Of a DNA stretch of 64,000 nt, positions 12,170-26,783 are shown one piece after another. How positions within the stretch are numbered: the first letter of the stretch is position 1; each line of letters opens with the position of its first letter. Under the pieces are notes generated by a model. It ran no database searches. It was given only the letters and a program-made list of their open reading frames with translations, and was not told the origin of the DNA. The stretch spans positions 832,001 to 896,000 of the forward strand of contig JBJBDL010000003.1 in NCBI GenBank assembly GCA_047285305.1. The letters run 5' to 3'. The position numbers and the translations under genes are program-made. Source of the stretch: Synechococcus sp. Lineage in GTDB: Bacteria; Cyanobacteriota; Cyanobacteriia; PCC-6307; Cyanobiaceae.

Positions 12170-13218
12170 GCTCGGCCCCGATGCCAACGCTGATGCTGGT
12201 GCCCACGGGCATCGGTTGTGACATCGGTGGCTTTGCCGGTGACGCCTTGCCGTCAGCCCGCTTGCTTGCTGCAGCGAGCGGCTGCCTGATCACCCATCCC
12301 AATGTGATGAACGGGGCTTCGCTGTATTGGAGCGATTCCCGCGTGCTCTACGTAGAGGGCTATGGCCTCGATCGGTTTGCCGTGGGTGACTGGGCCCTGC
12401 GGCCGGTGCGAAGGCAACGGATCGGCTTGCTGCTGGATGCCGGCATCCAGCCCGAGCTGGCCCAGCGCCAGATTCAGGTGGCTGAGGGCTGCCGAGCCAG
12501 CCTGGGTTTGGAGATCGGCCCGGTGGTTTCAACGGATGCGCCGCTTGAGGTGACGCTTGAGTGTGGTGCCAGTGGCGCCAGCTGGGGGCGATTGGGGTGT
12601 CCTGATGCCTTGTTGCGAGCCGGTGAACGCTTGAAGCAGGCCGGGGCGACGGCGATTGCGGTGGTGGCCCGCTTCCCGGAGGATCCGGAGAGTGACGCGT
12701 TGGCGGCGTATCGCCAGGGCAGTGGCGTGGATGCTCTGGCCGGTGCTGAAGCGGTGATCAGCCACCTGCTGGTCCAGCACCTGCAGATCCCCTGTGCCCA
12801 CGCTCCGGCCTTGGACCCCTTGCCCCTGGATCCGCAGCTGGATCCAAGGGCGGCGGGTGAGGAGCTCGGCTACACCTTCCTGGCCTGCGTGCTGGTGGGG
12901 CTGAGCCGGGCACCGGATCTGGTGAGCGCCCCCCGGCAGCCTGGCGATCTTGATGCGACGCAATTGGGGGCGGTTGTGGTGCCCGCAGGCGCCCTGGGGG
13001 GTGAAGCGGTGCTGGCTTGTTTGGAACGGAATGTTCCGCTGATCACAGTGGAGAACCCCGCGGTGTTGTCGGTCACGGCCGATGCCATTGGTTTGAGCCA
13101 AGGCGTTCTTCATGCCAGCAGTTACAGCGAGGCAGCAGGGTTGGTGCTGGCGCTGCGGGAGGGATTGAGTCCGGCGTCCCTGGGCCGGCCACTTCCAGCG
13201 CTGCAACGGTTGGATTGA
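12166..13218 (+). CDS. DUF3326-family protein
   Basis: LVPTGIGCDIGGFAGDA, LITHPNVMNGASLYW, LYVEGYGLDRF, GVDALAGAEAVISHL. Confidence 0.8.
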   Translation: MSSAPMPTLMLVPTGIGCDIGGFAGDALPSARLLAAASGCLITHPNVMNGASLYWSDSRVLYVEGYGLDRFAVGDWALRPVRRQRIGLLLDAGIQPELAQRQIQVAEGCRASLGLEIGPVVSTDAPLEVTLECGASGASWGRLGCPDALLRAGERLKQAGATAIAVVARFPEDPESDALAAYRQGSGVDALAGAEAVISHLLVQHLQIPCAHAPALDPLPLDPQLDPRAAGEELGYTFLACVLVGLSRAPDLVSAPRQPGDLDATQLGAVVVPAGALGGEAVLACLERNVPLITVENPAVLSVTADAIGLSQGVLHASSYSEAAGLVLALREGLSPASLGRPLPALQRLD

Positions 13219-13646
13219 TGCCTGGCGGTTTCGGTGGAGCCTCCGATCAGAGCCCTTGTCCCTGTGGGGGTGGTGTTTATCGCAGCTGCTGCGGGCCCTT
13301 GCATCGCGGCTATCAGCGGGCCGAAACGGCTGAACAGTTAATGCGCTCCAGGTATTCAGCTTTTGCGCGCGGCGAGATCGACTATCTGCTGGCCACCCAT
13401 CCCGAGCCGGATGTTCCAGCACAGCAGCGGCGTCGTTCCCTGGAGCGGAGTTGCCGGCAGACCCGTTGGCTCGGCTTAACTGTCCTGGGTGCCAGCGCCG
13501 GCGGCCCGCGTGATCTGGAGGGAACGGTGCAGTTTGAAGCCCGTTATCGCGGTGGGGTGCTGAAGGAAACCTCCCTGTTTCAGCGTCGCGATGGCGCGAA
13601 GGATGGTCCTTGGCTTTATGTGGGTGCACTCCAGTTGGATGGCTAA
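13218..13646 (+). CDS. YchJ/SEC-C motif protein
   Basis: CPCGGGVYRSCC; TAEQLMRSRYSAF; GTVQFEARY; WLYV. Confidence 0.85.
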   Translation: MPGGFGGASDQSPCPCGGGVYRSCCGPLHRGYQRAETAEQLMRSRYSAFARGEIDYLLATHPEPDVPAQQRRRSLERSCRQTRWLGLTVLGASAGGPRDLEGTVQFEARYRGGVLKETSLFQRRDGAKDGPWLYVGALQLDG

Positions 13647-14782
13647 CGCAGGCAGGCCATCGGATGCCGCGGCGGCACTCCCAGTGCTTTGGCCACGCCG
13701 GGGTGGCAGACCGATCCCTGCACCGTGTTAAGGCCGGAGATGAGTTCCGGTCGTTCCGTTACCGCCTCCTCAAGACCTCGTCCGGCGATGCCCAGGATGT
13801 ACGGGAGTGTCACGCTCACCAGGGCTTCGGTGGAGGTGAACGGCACCGCACCAGGCATGTTGCCCACGGCGTAGTGCTGCACGCCGTGGATGGTCACGGT
13901 GGGATCGCGGTGGGTCGTCTCCTGGCTCGTGGCGATGCAGCCGCCTTGGTCGATGGCTACATCCACGATCACCGAACCGGGCCGCATCTGCTTCACCATC
14001 TGCTCGTCCACCAGGGTGGGGGCGCGCCCGCCGGGAGTGAGCACGGCTCCGATCACCAGATCCGCCGTTGGCACTAACCGTTCAAGAAGCCCGCGGCTGC
14101 TCACCACACTCATCAAGCGACCGCGCCGGTCGGCCTCCAGGCTGCGCAACCGCTGGGGTGAGCGGTCGAGCAGCAACACCTCGGCATCCATGGCGGCGGC
14201 TGTTCGTGCGGCATTCCATCCCACGGTGCCGGCGCCTAGCACCACCACTCGGGCCGGCTGCACGCCGGTGCAGCCTCCCATCAGCACGCCACGGCCGCCG
14301 TGGGGTTTCTCCAATAGGTGAGCTCCAACCTGGGCCGCCAAGCGACCCGCGATTTCGCTCATCGGTGCCAGTAACGGCAGGCTGCCGTTCTCCAGCTGCA
14401 CGGTTTCGTAGGCGATGGCGGCGGTGCCTGCCTCCAGCAGGGCCTCGCCAACGCTGGGATAGGCGGCCAGGTGCAGGTAGGTGAACAGCACCATGTCCTT
14501 CCGCAGGTAGGCAAATTCCTCCGCCTGCGGTTCCTTCACCTTCACCACCAAATGAGCGCCCCAGGCCTCTTCGCGGCTCACCATTTGGGCACCGGCGGCG
14601 GCGAAGGCTTCGTCACCAATTCCCGCTCCAGCCCCGGCTCCGGTTTCGATGCGCACCTCCAAGCCTTGGCTCACCAGCTCCCGCACCGCATCGGGAGTCA
14701 GCGCCACGCGCTGCTCATCGAGCTTGATCTCCTTCGGCACACCGATGCTGGCCATCGGGGCCGAGAGAACGGAGGCTGCCAT
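13643..14782 (-). CDS. ald: alanine dehydrogenase
   Basis: IGVPKEIK, RVALTP, LFTYLHLAA, PMSEIAGR, VDVAIDQGGC. Confidence 0.96.
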   Translation of the reverse strand: MAASVLSAPMASIGVPKEIKLDEQRVALTPDAVRELVSQGLEVRIETGAGAGAGIGDEAFAAAGAQMVSREEAWGAHLVVKVKEPQAEEFAYLRKDMVLFTYLHLAAYPSVGEALLEAGTAAIAYETVQLENGSLPLLAPMSEIAGRLAAQVGAHLLEKPHGGRGVLMGGCTGVQPARVVVLGAGTVGWNAARTAAAMDAEVLLLDRSPQRLRSLEADRRGRLMSVVSSRGLLERLVPTADLVIGAVLTPGGRAPTLVDEQMVKQMRPGSVIVDVAIDQGGCIATSQETTHRDPTVTIHGVQHYAVGNMPGAVPFTSTEALVSVTLPYILGIAGRGLEEAVTERPELISGLNTVQGSVCHPGVAKALGVPPRHPMACLR

Positions 14783-14855
14783 GGCGGCTTCAAGGGGATC
14801 CCTTCAATCTGGCTCCGCTGCGCGCAACCCGCCACATCTCAAGGGTGGGACTGCT

Positions 14856-16529
14856 TTAGGCCGCTGCAATGGGTAACCGCCAGCCGCTTCCAAAGGCCTG
14901 GGGGCTCACCTTGAGCAACGGTGCTGCCTGGCGTCGCTTGAACTCGGCCCGTTTCAGCAACCGTTCCACCCGTTGAACAAGGGCGGGATCGTGGCCGGCC
15001 GCCACCAGGGTTGGGCCAGACTGGCGCTCCTGGATCAGCGCTTTGAGCAGGGCGTCCAAAGCGTCGTAGTCGGGCAGGGAGTCGCTGTCTTTCTGGTTGG
15101 GCCTGAGCTCGGCGCTGGGGGGTTTGCGTCGAATCGCCTCCCCCACCAGCTCCCCGTGGGTCGGGAGTCCCAGCGCCTCGCGGCAGCCCAGGGCTGCGTC
15201 GCTGTCGAGCCAGTCGCACAGGGCAAACACGCTGGTTTTGTAGAGATCACCAATCACCGCAAGCCCGCCGTTCATGTCGCCGTAGAGGGTGCAGTAACCC
15301 ACGGCCAGCTCGGATTTGTTGCCGGTGGTGAGCAGCAGTTGGCCCTGCTGGTTGGCCACGGCCATTAGCAGGGTGCCGCGAATGCGTGATTGCAGATTTT
15401 CCGCCGTCACGCCCTGGGGCATTGCCCCTAGCGGTGCGGTCAGGGCCTGGTCATAGCCCTCCATCAGGCCGGCGATCGGCACTGTGTTGTTCTGCAGCCC
15501 CAACCGTTCGGCCAAGGCCAAGGCGTCGTCGATGGATCCAGCCGAGCTCCAGGGGGAGGGCATCAACAGCGCTGAGACCGCCTCGTTCCCAAGGGCTGCG
15601 CTGGCGATCACGGCCACCAGCGCTGAGTCGATGCCGCCGCTCAACCCCAGCAATGCCTTGTTGAACCCGCATTTCCGGGCGTAATCACGTACCCCAAGCA
15701 CTAGGGCGCGGAACAGCCGCTCGAGGGGGGGCATGGGTTGAATCTGGATCGGGGTGGGATGGCCGCTGTCCCAGACCGCCAGCTGCTCCTCGCAGACGGG
15801 GAGCTCCAGCTGCACGGTGCCATCGGCTCCCACCACAAAACTGGCCCCGTCGAACACCAGCTCGTCGTTGCCCCCCACTTGATTGAGGTAGATCAGTGGG
15901 CAATTGAGGCGTTGCGCTGCTGCCGCCGCCAGCTGTTGGCGCAAGGCTGGCTTGGAGGCATCGAAGGGGGAAGCCGCCAGATTGATCACCAGATCCGGCT
16001 GTTCGGGGATTAGTTGATCGATGGGATCAGGTCCGTCCAGGCGCTCGCGCTGCAGGCCGTCATCCACCCAGAGGTCTTCGCAGATGGTGAGGCCCAGTTG
16101 CTTCCCGTTGGGCAGCCTGAGCAGGCAGGGCCCATCGCCGGGGCGGAAGTAGCGCCGCTCATCAAAGACGTCGTAACTGGGTAGCAGCTGTTTCTGGGCA
16201 ATCGGACGCCAGCCCAGACGATTCACAAGCACCACACCGTTGTGCAGCCGTGGAGTGCGGGCATCTGATGTTGGTAGCGCAGCTCCCACCAACAGGGTGA
16301 CGCTGCTGTTCAGTTGGTTCACCAGCCACTGCAGCACCGTGTCCTGCTGTTGGAGGCGGCTGGGCTCGAGCAACTGGTCCCGGGGGGGATACCCCCAGAG
16401 GGAGAGTTCAGGGGTGAGCACCAGCTCAACAGCCTGCTCTTCTGCCCTGCGCACGGCCTCCAGAATCCGCTTCGCGTTGCCCTCGAAGTCGCCGACCACG
16501 GGGTTGAGTTGCGCCAGGGCGATGCGCAT
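14856..16529 (-). CDS. nadE: glutamine-dependent NAD+ synthetase
   Basis: Nitrilase domain (PEL, KQLLPSYDVFDERRYF, ICEDLW) plus LSGGIDS and ENLQSRIRG. Confidence 0.95.
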   Translation of the reverse strand: MRIALAQLNPVVGDFEGNAKRILEAVRRAEEQAVELVLTPELSLWGYPPRDQLLEPSRLQQQDTVLQWLVNQLNSSVTLLVGAALPTSDARTPRLHNGVVLVNRLGWRPIAQKQLLPSYDVFDERRYFRPGDGPCLLRLPNGKQLGLTICEDLWVDDGLQRERLDGPDPIDQLIPEQPDLVINLAASPFDASKPALRQQLAAAAAQRLNCPLIYLNQVGGNDELVFDGASFVVGADGTVQLELPVCEEQLAVWDSGHPTPIQIQPMPPLERLFRALVLGVRDYARKCGFNKALLGLSGGIDSALVAVIASAALGNEAVSALLMPSPWSSAGSIDDALALAERLGLQNNTVPIAGLMEGYDQALTAPLGAMPQGVTAENLQSRIRGTLLMAVANQQGQLLLTTGNKSELAVGYCTLYGDMNGGLAVIGDLYKTSVFALCDWLDSDAALGCREALGLPTHGELVGEAIRRKPPSAELRPNQKDSDSLPDYDALDALLKALIQERQSGPTLVAAGHDPALVQRVERLLKRAEFKRRQAAPLLKVSPQAFGSGWRLPIAAA

Positions 16530-17110
16530 CAGCAGAGGCTCCCCGAAAGGCCATAAAGATTGTGCTGGAGCAACAGTGGCCACACCGCTTCAGGGATCTG
16601 AGCCTCATTCGGTTGCTGGCGTAGTTGCGAACTGGCGGTGGCGGGAACCTCTAGATCCAGCAGGTCCACCTTTCCGCCCAGATCGCGCAGGGCCCGAAGT
16701 GTGGATTCCTCGAGGGGCCAACCCTTGCGGGGGGCGATGGCCAGGCGGCACTGCGGCAGCCAGCAATCGCTTTGTTTCCAGCGGGGAATCTGGCCGGCGA
16801 GATCGCTGCCGACCACAAACACCAGGTTGCAATCAGGCCAATGCTGGGCTGCTCGTTGCAAGGTGATCAAGGTGTAAGGGCTGCTCAGATGCTGGGCCAG
16901 CTCGAGACGTTCATCCTGCAGTTGCTGCACCAGCTGGCCGAGCAGCATCGCTCGCAACTTCAGGGGGGCATCGTGCTGTTTCAGGGGATTGTCACTGGCC
17001 CATGTCGCCACGTGGTCGTAGCGGTTCAACAGCCCCTCCAGCAGCACTTGATGGCCGCGGGTGGGTGGATCGGCGCTGGTGCCCAGCAAAGCGATGGCAG
17101 CAGCGGTCAT
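16529..17110 (-). CDS. nadD: nicotinate-nucleotide adenylyltransferase
   Basis: LLGTSADPPTRGH, FVVGSDL, ASSQLR; stop overlaps the nadE start. Confidence 0.9.
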   Translation of the reverse strand: MTAAAIALLGTSADPPTRGHQVLLEGLLNRYDHVATWASDNPLKQHDAPLKLRAMLLGQLVQQLQDERLELAQHLSSPYTLITLQRAAQHWPDCNLVFVVGSDLAGQIPRWKQSDCWLPQCRLAIAPRKGWPLEESTLRALRDLGGKVDLLDLEVPATASSQLRQQPNEAQIPEAVWPLLLQHNLYGLSGSLC

Positions 17111-17111
17111 C

Positions 17112-18407
17112 TCAGGGCAGCAGTGGTTGCAGATCCTGCTCCAGGGCTTTGGGCCAGCGCAATAGCCAGTGGTGCACCACGGGATCACGTTCGGCCAGGC
17201 GGCGCAAGAGCGCACCGGGTTGTCCACCGCGCCGTCGCAGCAACTGCTGAGCCACCAGACGCCCCGTTCGGCGGCTGGCATGCACCGCCAGGGCGGCTTG
17301 GGCCAGGGCCACCGGGGCTGCAGGGGCCAAGCTGCCGCCGCCGCTCACCGGCACCAGCAGCAGCAGTGCTTGCTTGAGGGCCGCCAGCCCCAACTGCACC
17401 CCGCCCAACAAGGCGTTGTGGCTGGAGAGTCTGGTGAGCAGCAGCCGTGCCGCCGCTGGTGTCATCGGCAGGTTGTAGAGACGGCTGAGCTGCAGCACCA
17501 GGGCGGTGTCGCAGGCCATGCCTCCGGCCATATCCAATGCCAATACAGGGTTGACGGCCACGCCGGTGGCCTTGGCGGCTGCATAACGACCGATCAGGCT
17601 CTGGGCCGTGCGGCGGTGTTGTTGTAGCCGCAGTTCTTGGCAGGCCCTCTGGAAGCGGTCGGCTTGGCGCAGCGACTGAATCGCCAGCAGCAGGGTGCCT
17701 TCGTTCTCCAGCTGCCGGCAGAGCTGCTTCTGCAGATCCTGTACCTGCGGCGGCGTGATCCTGCTGCGCACCTGCCCATCGGCCTGGATCTGGGGGCTGC
17801 GGGGCGCTGCTGCTGCCGCGGTGATCGGCAGATCCACCGGCAGCCGGGCGCGGATGCTGTGCAGCAGTTCGGTACGTTCGTGCTCTGGCCAGCGGTCGCT
17901 CCGGTTTAGAACCAGCTGCAGGGGCTTGCCGCTCTCCAGCAGCGTTCGTAAGGCCTCCAGGTCGGCCCGGGTCAGGTCGCTGTCCACCACCAGCAGCACC
18001 AGATCAGCCCCCATGGCCACGCGCGAGGCCAAGCGAGCCCGCCCGGCGGCATCGATTTCATCAATGCCGGGGGTGTCCACCAGTTCCACCCTGGTCAGCC
18101 CGGCAATCTCCACAGGCCAGTCCACCGCTTGCTGGTGGCGGGTGCTGCCGTGGGCGACATCCGTTGCCAGCAGTGGCTGGCGGATTAAGGCATTGATCAG
18201 GCTGGATTTGCCGACCCCCACCCGACCAAACAGAGCAATGCGCAGGCGCCGTTGCTGCAGCCGTTGCAGCTGACGATCCAGCAGCTGCAATTCACCCCCC
18301 AGCAGTCCCTGGTCCCGTGGGCTCAGCTGAAGCTGACTGCGCCAGTGCTCCAGCAGCAGCTGGCAGCGCTCAACGGTATGGGGCGGGGTGGGTTGCATCC
18401 CGTTCAT
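17112..18407 (-). CDS. Era-like GTPase with C-terminal DUF697/YcjF-type domain
   Basis: GRVGVGKSSLINAL, DTPG, NRSD. Confidence 0.85.
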   Translation of the reverse strand: MNGMQPTPPHTVERCQLLLEHWRSQLQLSPRDQGLLGGELQLLDRQLQRLQQRRLRIALFGRVGVGKSSLINALIRQPLLATDVAHGSTRHQQAVDWPVEIAGLTRVELVDTPGIDEIDAAGRARLASRVAMGADLVLLVVDSDLTRADLEALRTLLESGKPLQLVLNRSDRWPEHERTELLHSIRARLPVDLPITAAAAAPRSPQIQADGQVRSRITPPQVQDLQKQLCRQLENEGTLLLAIQSLRQADRFQRACQELRLQQHRRTAQSLIGRYAAAKATGVAVNPVLALDMAGGMACDTALVLQLSRLYNLPMTPAAARLLLTRLSSHNALLGGVQLGLAALKQALLLLVPVSGGGSLAPAAPVALAQAALAVHASRRTGRLVAQQLLRRRGGQPGALLRRLAERDPVVHHWLLRWPKALEQDLQPLLP

Positions 18408-19402
18408 GCTGCCGGCTTGCGCCACCAACCGGCCAGCACGGCCAGCACCGATTCGGCACCGATCACGCCGACAAAGCCACCGAATTCATCAACCACCACG
18501 CGCACGCCACCGCTGTCGCGCCGGAAGCCCGTCAGCAGCCGATCGGCCCGGATCATCTCGGGCACGTATTCCACCGGTTCGCAGAGGTCAACGGGTGTGA
18601 GCAGGCCGCGGTTCTCCAATAGAGCTGTGAGCACCCGCTCGCGGCTGGCCACGCCAAGCACCTTGTCCACTTGATCGCCCAGCACCACCCACCAGGGGTC
18701 GTTGGTGCTCATCAGCTTGGCCCGCTGGGATTCGATGCTGAGGCTGCCGTCCAGGGTGGGCGCCGCCACCCGCGGCGTCATGAGGTCGCGGGCGGTGAGG
18801 TCGTTTAGCTGAAACACCTTGCCGATCATCGCGGCTTCATCGGCTTCGATCTCTCCCTTCTGGGAGCCGAGACGAGCCAGCAGACGGATCTCTTCTTCAT
18901 TAGTGCTGAGTTCCGCTTCGGCGGTGATGGCCGGCAGCATCCTTTCCAGCAGCAGCACCAGCGGCCGCAGCGCAAGGCCGAGCCAATGCAATAGGGGTGC
19001 GCTGGCCAGGGCCACCGGCAGGGCCAGACGGCTTCCGAGGGCTTTGGGCAGGATTTCCCCCAGCAGGATCACCAGGACGGTGAGTCCCACCGAGAACACC
19101 GGCAGGGCCACACCGCTGATGTTGCGCTGCTCGAACACCCAGGCGGCATAGCCGCCCAGCATCAGGCTGCCGAAAATATTGAAGCCGTTGTTCGCGATCA
19201 CCAGAGCCGACAGGGTGCGCCCCAGCCGTTGACGCAACTGCGCCAGCCGACGGGCACCGGCCACGGGGCGTTCCCGGGCCGCCAGCTCGTGCACCCGTAT
19301 CGGACTCACGGTCAGCAGGGCAGCTTCCACTCCGGAACAGAGGGCCGAGCCCAGCAGCACCACCAAAACCAGCAGCAACAGCACCAGGAGATCGGAGCTC
19401 AT
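18404..19402 (-). CDS. CNNM (DUF21) + CBS domain membrane protein (CorB/HlyC-like)
   Basis: CSGVEAAL, GEILPK, DLMTPR, VVDEFGG. Confidence 0.88.
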   Translation of the reverse strand: MSSDLLVLLLLVLVVLLGSALCSGVEAALLTVSPIRVHELAARERPVAGARRLAQLRQRLGRTLSALVIANNGFNIFGSLMLGGYAAWVFEQRNISGVALPVFSVGLTVLVILLGEILPKALGSRLALPVALASAPLLHWLGLALRPLVLLLERMLPAITAEAELSTNEEEIRLLARLGSQKGEIEADEAAMIGKVFQLNDLTARDLMTPRVAAPTLDGSLSIESQRAKLMSTNDPWWVVLGDQVDKVLGVASRERVLTALLENRGLLTPVDLCEPVEYVPEMIRADRLLTGFRRDSGGVRVVVDEFGGFVGVIGAESVLAVLAGWWRKPAA

Positions 19403-19489
19403 TGCCGTCTGAAACTCCTTTCATCGTAGAGGCCCTGGCCAGTTCGGCCTTGCCAACTGCCATCCTGTTCCCCTGAACGCACTGCTGCT

Positions 19490-20815
19490 GTGAACGGTTT
19501 CGACTCCGGCATCCACGCTCGTCGTCGCGCCCTGTTCATGGAGCGACTCGGCGCTGCCGCCGCGGTGATTCCGGCCGCGGCGTTAGCGACCCATCACGCC
19601 GACTGTGAATGGCCCTTCCGGCAGGACAGCGACTTCTTTTATCTCACCGGTTTTGATGAACCGGACGCGGTGGCTCTGCTACTGCCGCATCGACAGGAAG
19701 GCCAGCGCTACGTGCTGTTCGTGCAACCCAAGGACCCGGCTGCTGAGGTGTGGAATGGCTTTCGCTGGGGCACCGAAGGCGCGGTGGAGCGCTATGGCGC
19801 TGACTTGGCTCATCCGCTGGATCAGCTGAGCGAAAAACTGCCCGAGTACCTCGCCGGTGCCGAAGCCATCGCCTTCCGGGTGGGCCGAAACAAATCGGTG
19901 GAGTCGATGGTGCTTTCGGCCTGGGGGCGGCAACTGGATACCTACGCCCGCACGGGGACGGCGGCCCTGGGCCTGGTGGCACCAACGCCGATCCTGCATC
20001 GCCTGCGCCTGCGCAAGGAGCCCCATGAGTTGGAGCGTCTACGAGAGGCCTGTCGCATCTCCTCAGAAGCCCACGAGCTGGCCCGATCGATCACCCGCCC
20101 GGGCATGAACGAAGCCGAGGTGCAGGCGGCGATGGAAGCCCACTTCCGCAGCAACGGGGCCCGCGGTCCTGCCTACGGATCCATTGTCGCTGGCGGTGAT
20201 AACGCCTGCGTTCTGCACTACACCGCCAACACGGCCCCGCTTCAGGACGGTGACCTGCTGCTAATCGATGCTGGTTGTTCGCTGGAGGACTACTACAACG
20301 GCGACATCACCCGTACCTTCCCGGTGAATGGCCGCTTCTCGGCGGAACAGCGGGAGCTCTACAGCCTGGTGCTGGAGGCTCAGGAAGCTGCGGTTGCCGT
20401 TGTGGCTCCCGGCGGCACGGCGGAGGCGGTGCACGACACCGCCCTGCGAATTTTGGTGCAGGGCTTGGTGGACCTGGGCCTGCTGATCGGGAATGTGGAC
20501 GGCATCATCGAGCGAGGCGACTACCGCCACCTGTACATGCACCGCACCGGCCATTGGCTGGGTCTGGATGTGCATGACGTGGGGGCTTACAGGCTCGGTG
20601 AGCAACCTGCGCCCCTGGAGCCAGGCATGGTGCTCACCGTTGAGCCCGGTCTTTACGTCAGCGATCGCCTCAGCGTGCCGGAAGGACAGCCTGAGATTGG
20701 CGATCGTTGGAAAGGCATCGGCATCCGCATCGAAGACGACGTTGCCGTCACCGAGACCGGCCATGAGGTGCTCACCGCTGGCGCCCTCAAGAGCGTTGCT
20801 GCGATGGAGCGCTGA
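19490..20815 (+). CDS. pepP: Xaa-Pro aminopeptidase
   Basis: FRQDSDFFYLTG, DITRTFP, HRTGHWLGLDVHD, TVEPGLY, GIRIEDD. Confidence 0.95.
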   Translation: MNGFDSGIHARRRALFMERLGAAAAVIPAAALATHHADCEWPFRQDSDFFYLTGFDEPDAVALLLPHRQEGQRYVLFVQPKDPAAEVWNGFRWGTEGAVERYGADLAHPLDQLSEKLPEYLAGAEAIAFRVGRNKSVESMVLSAWGRQLDTYARTGTAALGLVAPTPILHRLRLRKEPHELERLREACRISSEAHELARSITRPGMNEAEVQAAMEAHFRSNGARGPAYGSIVAGGDNACVLHYTANTAPLQDGDLLLIDAGCSLEDYYNGDITRTFPVNGRFSAEQRELYSLVLEAQEAAVAVVAPGGTAEAVHDTALRILVQGLVDLGLLIGNVDGIIERGDYRHLYMHRTGHWLGLDVHDVGAYRLGEQPAPLEPGMVLTVEPGLYVSDRLSVPEGQPEIGDRWKGIGIRIEDDVAVTETGHEVLTAGALKSVAAMER

Positions 20816-20856
20816 TCGCCTCGATCAGCGGGGAGTTTCGCGAAGCACAGTTGCTC

Positions 20857-22197
<1,341 letters not shown>

Positions 22198-22221
22198 TTC
22201 CGCTCCTTAATTCAATGATGC

Positions 22222-22247
22222 AAACCTGCCTTCGGGCAGGTTTTTTT
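22222..22247 (+). terminator. intrinsic terminator
   Basis: AAACCTGCC-TTCG-GGCAGGTTTTTTT. Confidence 0.85.
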
Positions 22248-22303
22248 ATACCTTCCCGTTGCTTAGGTAGTACTGGGATGACGAACGGACAAACGACACT
22301 CTT

Positions 22304-22336
22304 AAAAAGGCCAGGTGCTCCCGCCCCTGGCCTTTT
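22304..22336 (-). terminator. intrinsic terminator of the beta-epsilon operon (possibly bidirectional)
   Basis: AAAAAGGCCAGG...CCTGGCCTTTT. Confidence 0.7.
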
Positions 22337-22366
22337 GCAACTTCATCCTTGAAACAGGGGGATGAA

Positions 22367-22777
22367 TCAGTCGGCGGTTTTACTGGCCTGAAGGCGAGCG
22401 CGGGCTTCATTCAGCTGTTGCTGCGCCTTGAGTTTTTCCGGCGAAGCAGGTTGGCCTTCCATGCCAGCCACCACGGTGGAGGCTTTCTGGAAAGCGGCTT
22501 CGGCGGCAGCGGCATCTATGGAGCTGCCCAGTTCTGCCTTGTTCACCAGAACGGTGACTTCATCAGCATCTACTTCGGCAAAACCACCCATCAGAGCGAT
22601 GGAGTTCCAGGCACCGTTGGCACGCACCCTCAGCACACCGATGTCGATGGCGGTGAGCAGGGAGATGTGGCCGGGCAGGATGCCGAGTTGACCGGTGGTA
22701 CTGGGCAGTATCACCTCGTCGGCGCTGCCATCAAAGACGTTCTGGTCTGTTGCCAGCACGCGGAGGGTGAGGGACAT
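22367..22777 (-). CDS. atpC: F1 ATP synthase subunit epsilon
   Basis: EVILPSTTGQLGILPGH; ALMGGFAEV. Confidence 0.96.
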   Translation of the reverse strand: MSLTLRVLATDQNVFDGSADEVILPSTTGQLGILPGHISLLTAIDIGVLRVRANGAWNSIALMGGFAEVDADEVTVLVNKAELGSSIDAAAAEAAFQKASTVVAGMEGQPASPEKLKAQQQLNEARARLQASKTAD

Positions 22778-22851
22778 GAACCTTGGTTCGAAAAGAGAAC
22801 GGACTGTCGAGAAACATGTGATCGAGGGTGTGAATCACACCCCCGCAGGGA

Positions 22852-24850
<1,999 letters not shown>

Positions 24851-24927
24851 GATCAGCCCCGCAGCATTGCGATTTGAGTCGCAACTCAGTCTCTCTAAAC
24901 CATCCTCTTCATTAGGAACCGCCTTCC

Positions 24928-26560
<1,633 letters not shown>

Positions 26561-26562
<2 letters not shown>

Positions 26563-26641
26563 TTGATGTACGGGTGGTCCGGAGACCACCCGATCAATCC
26601 AACTCAAGTCATGCCAAGAGGTCCTGCGGGGCCTCTTTTTT
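26561..26641 (+). terminator. tandem hairpins after groEL; the second is an intrinsic terminator
   Basis: GATTGAT...CGGGTGGTC-CGGA-GACCACCCG-ATCAATC, then AAGAGGTCC-TGCG-GGGCCTCTT plus a T-run. Confidence 0.8.
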
Positions 26642-26653
26642 ATGTGCTGATGC

Positions 26654-26683
26654 TGTCTTGTAAGAACTAGTTCTTACAAGACA
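26654..26683. repeat. perfect 30-bp palindrome (candidate operator)
   Basis: TGTCTTGTAAGAACTAGTTCTTACAAGACA equals its own reverse complement. The repeat is certain; the function is inferred. Confidence 0.9.
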
Positions 26684-26783
26684 TGTGGTGCCTGGGGGTC
26701 GGCGTTGGTTGCCGGTCATGGAAGATGTGAGGTGCGGAGACGCGCCGGGTAACGTATTGCTGTGTATCGTTGTGTCGGGACAA

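Noticed and set aside
26654..26683. Palindrome as a CRISPR repeat or IS end
   Set aside because: Single copy; no spacers, cas genes, transposase or partner inverted repeat found.
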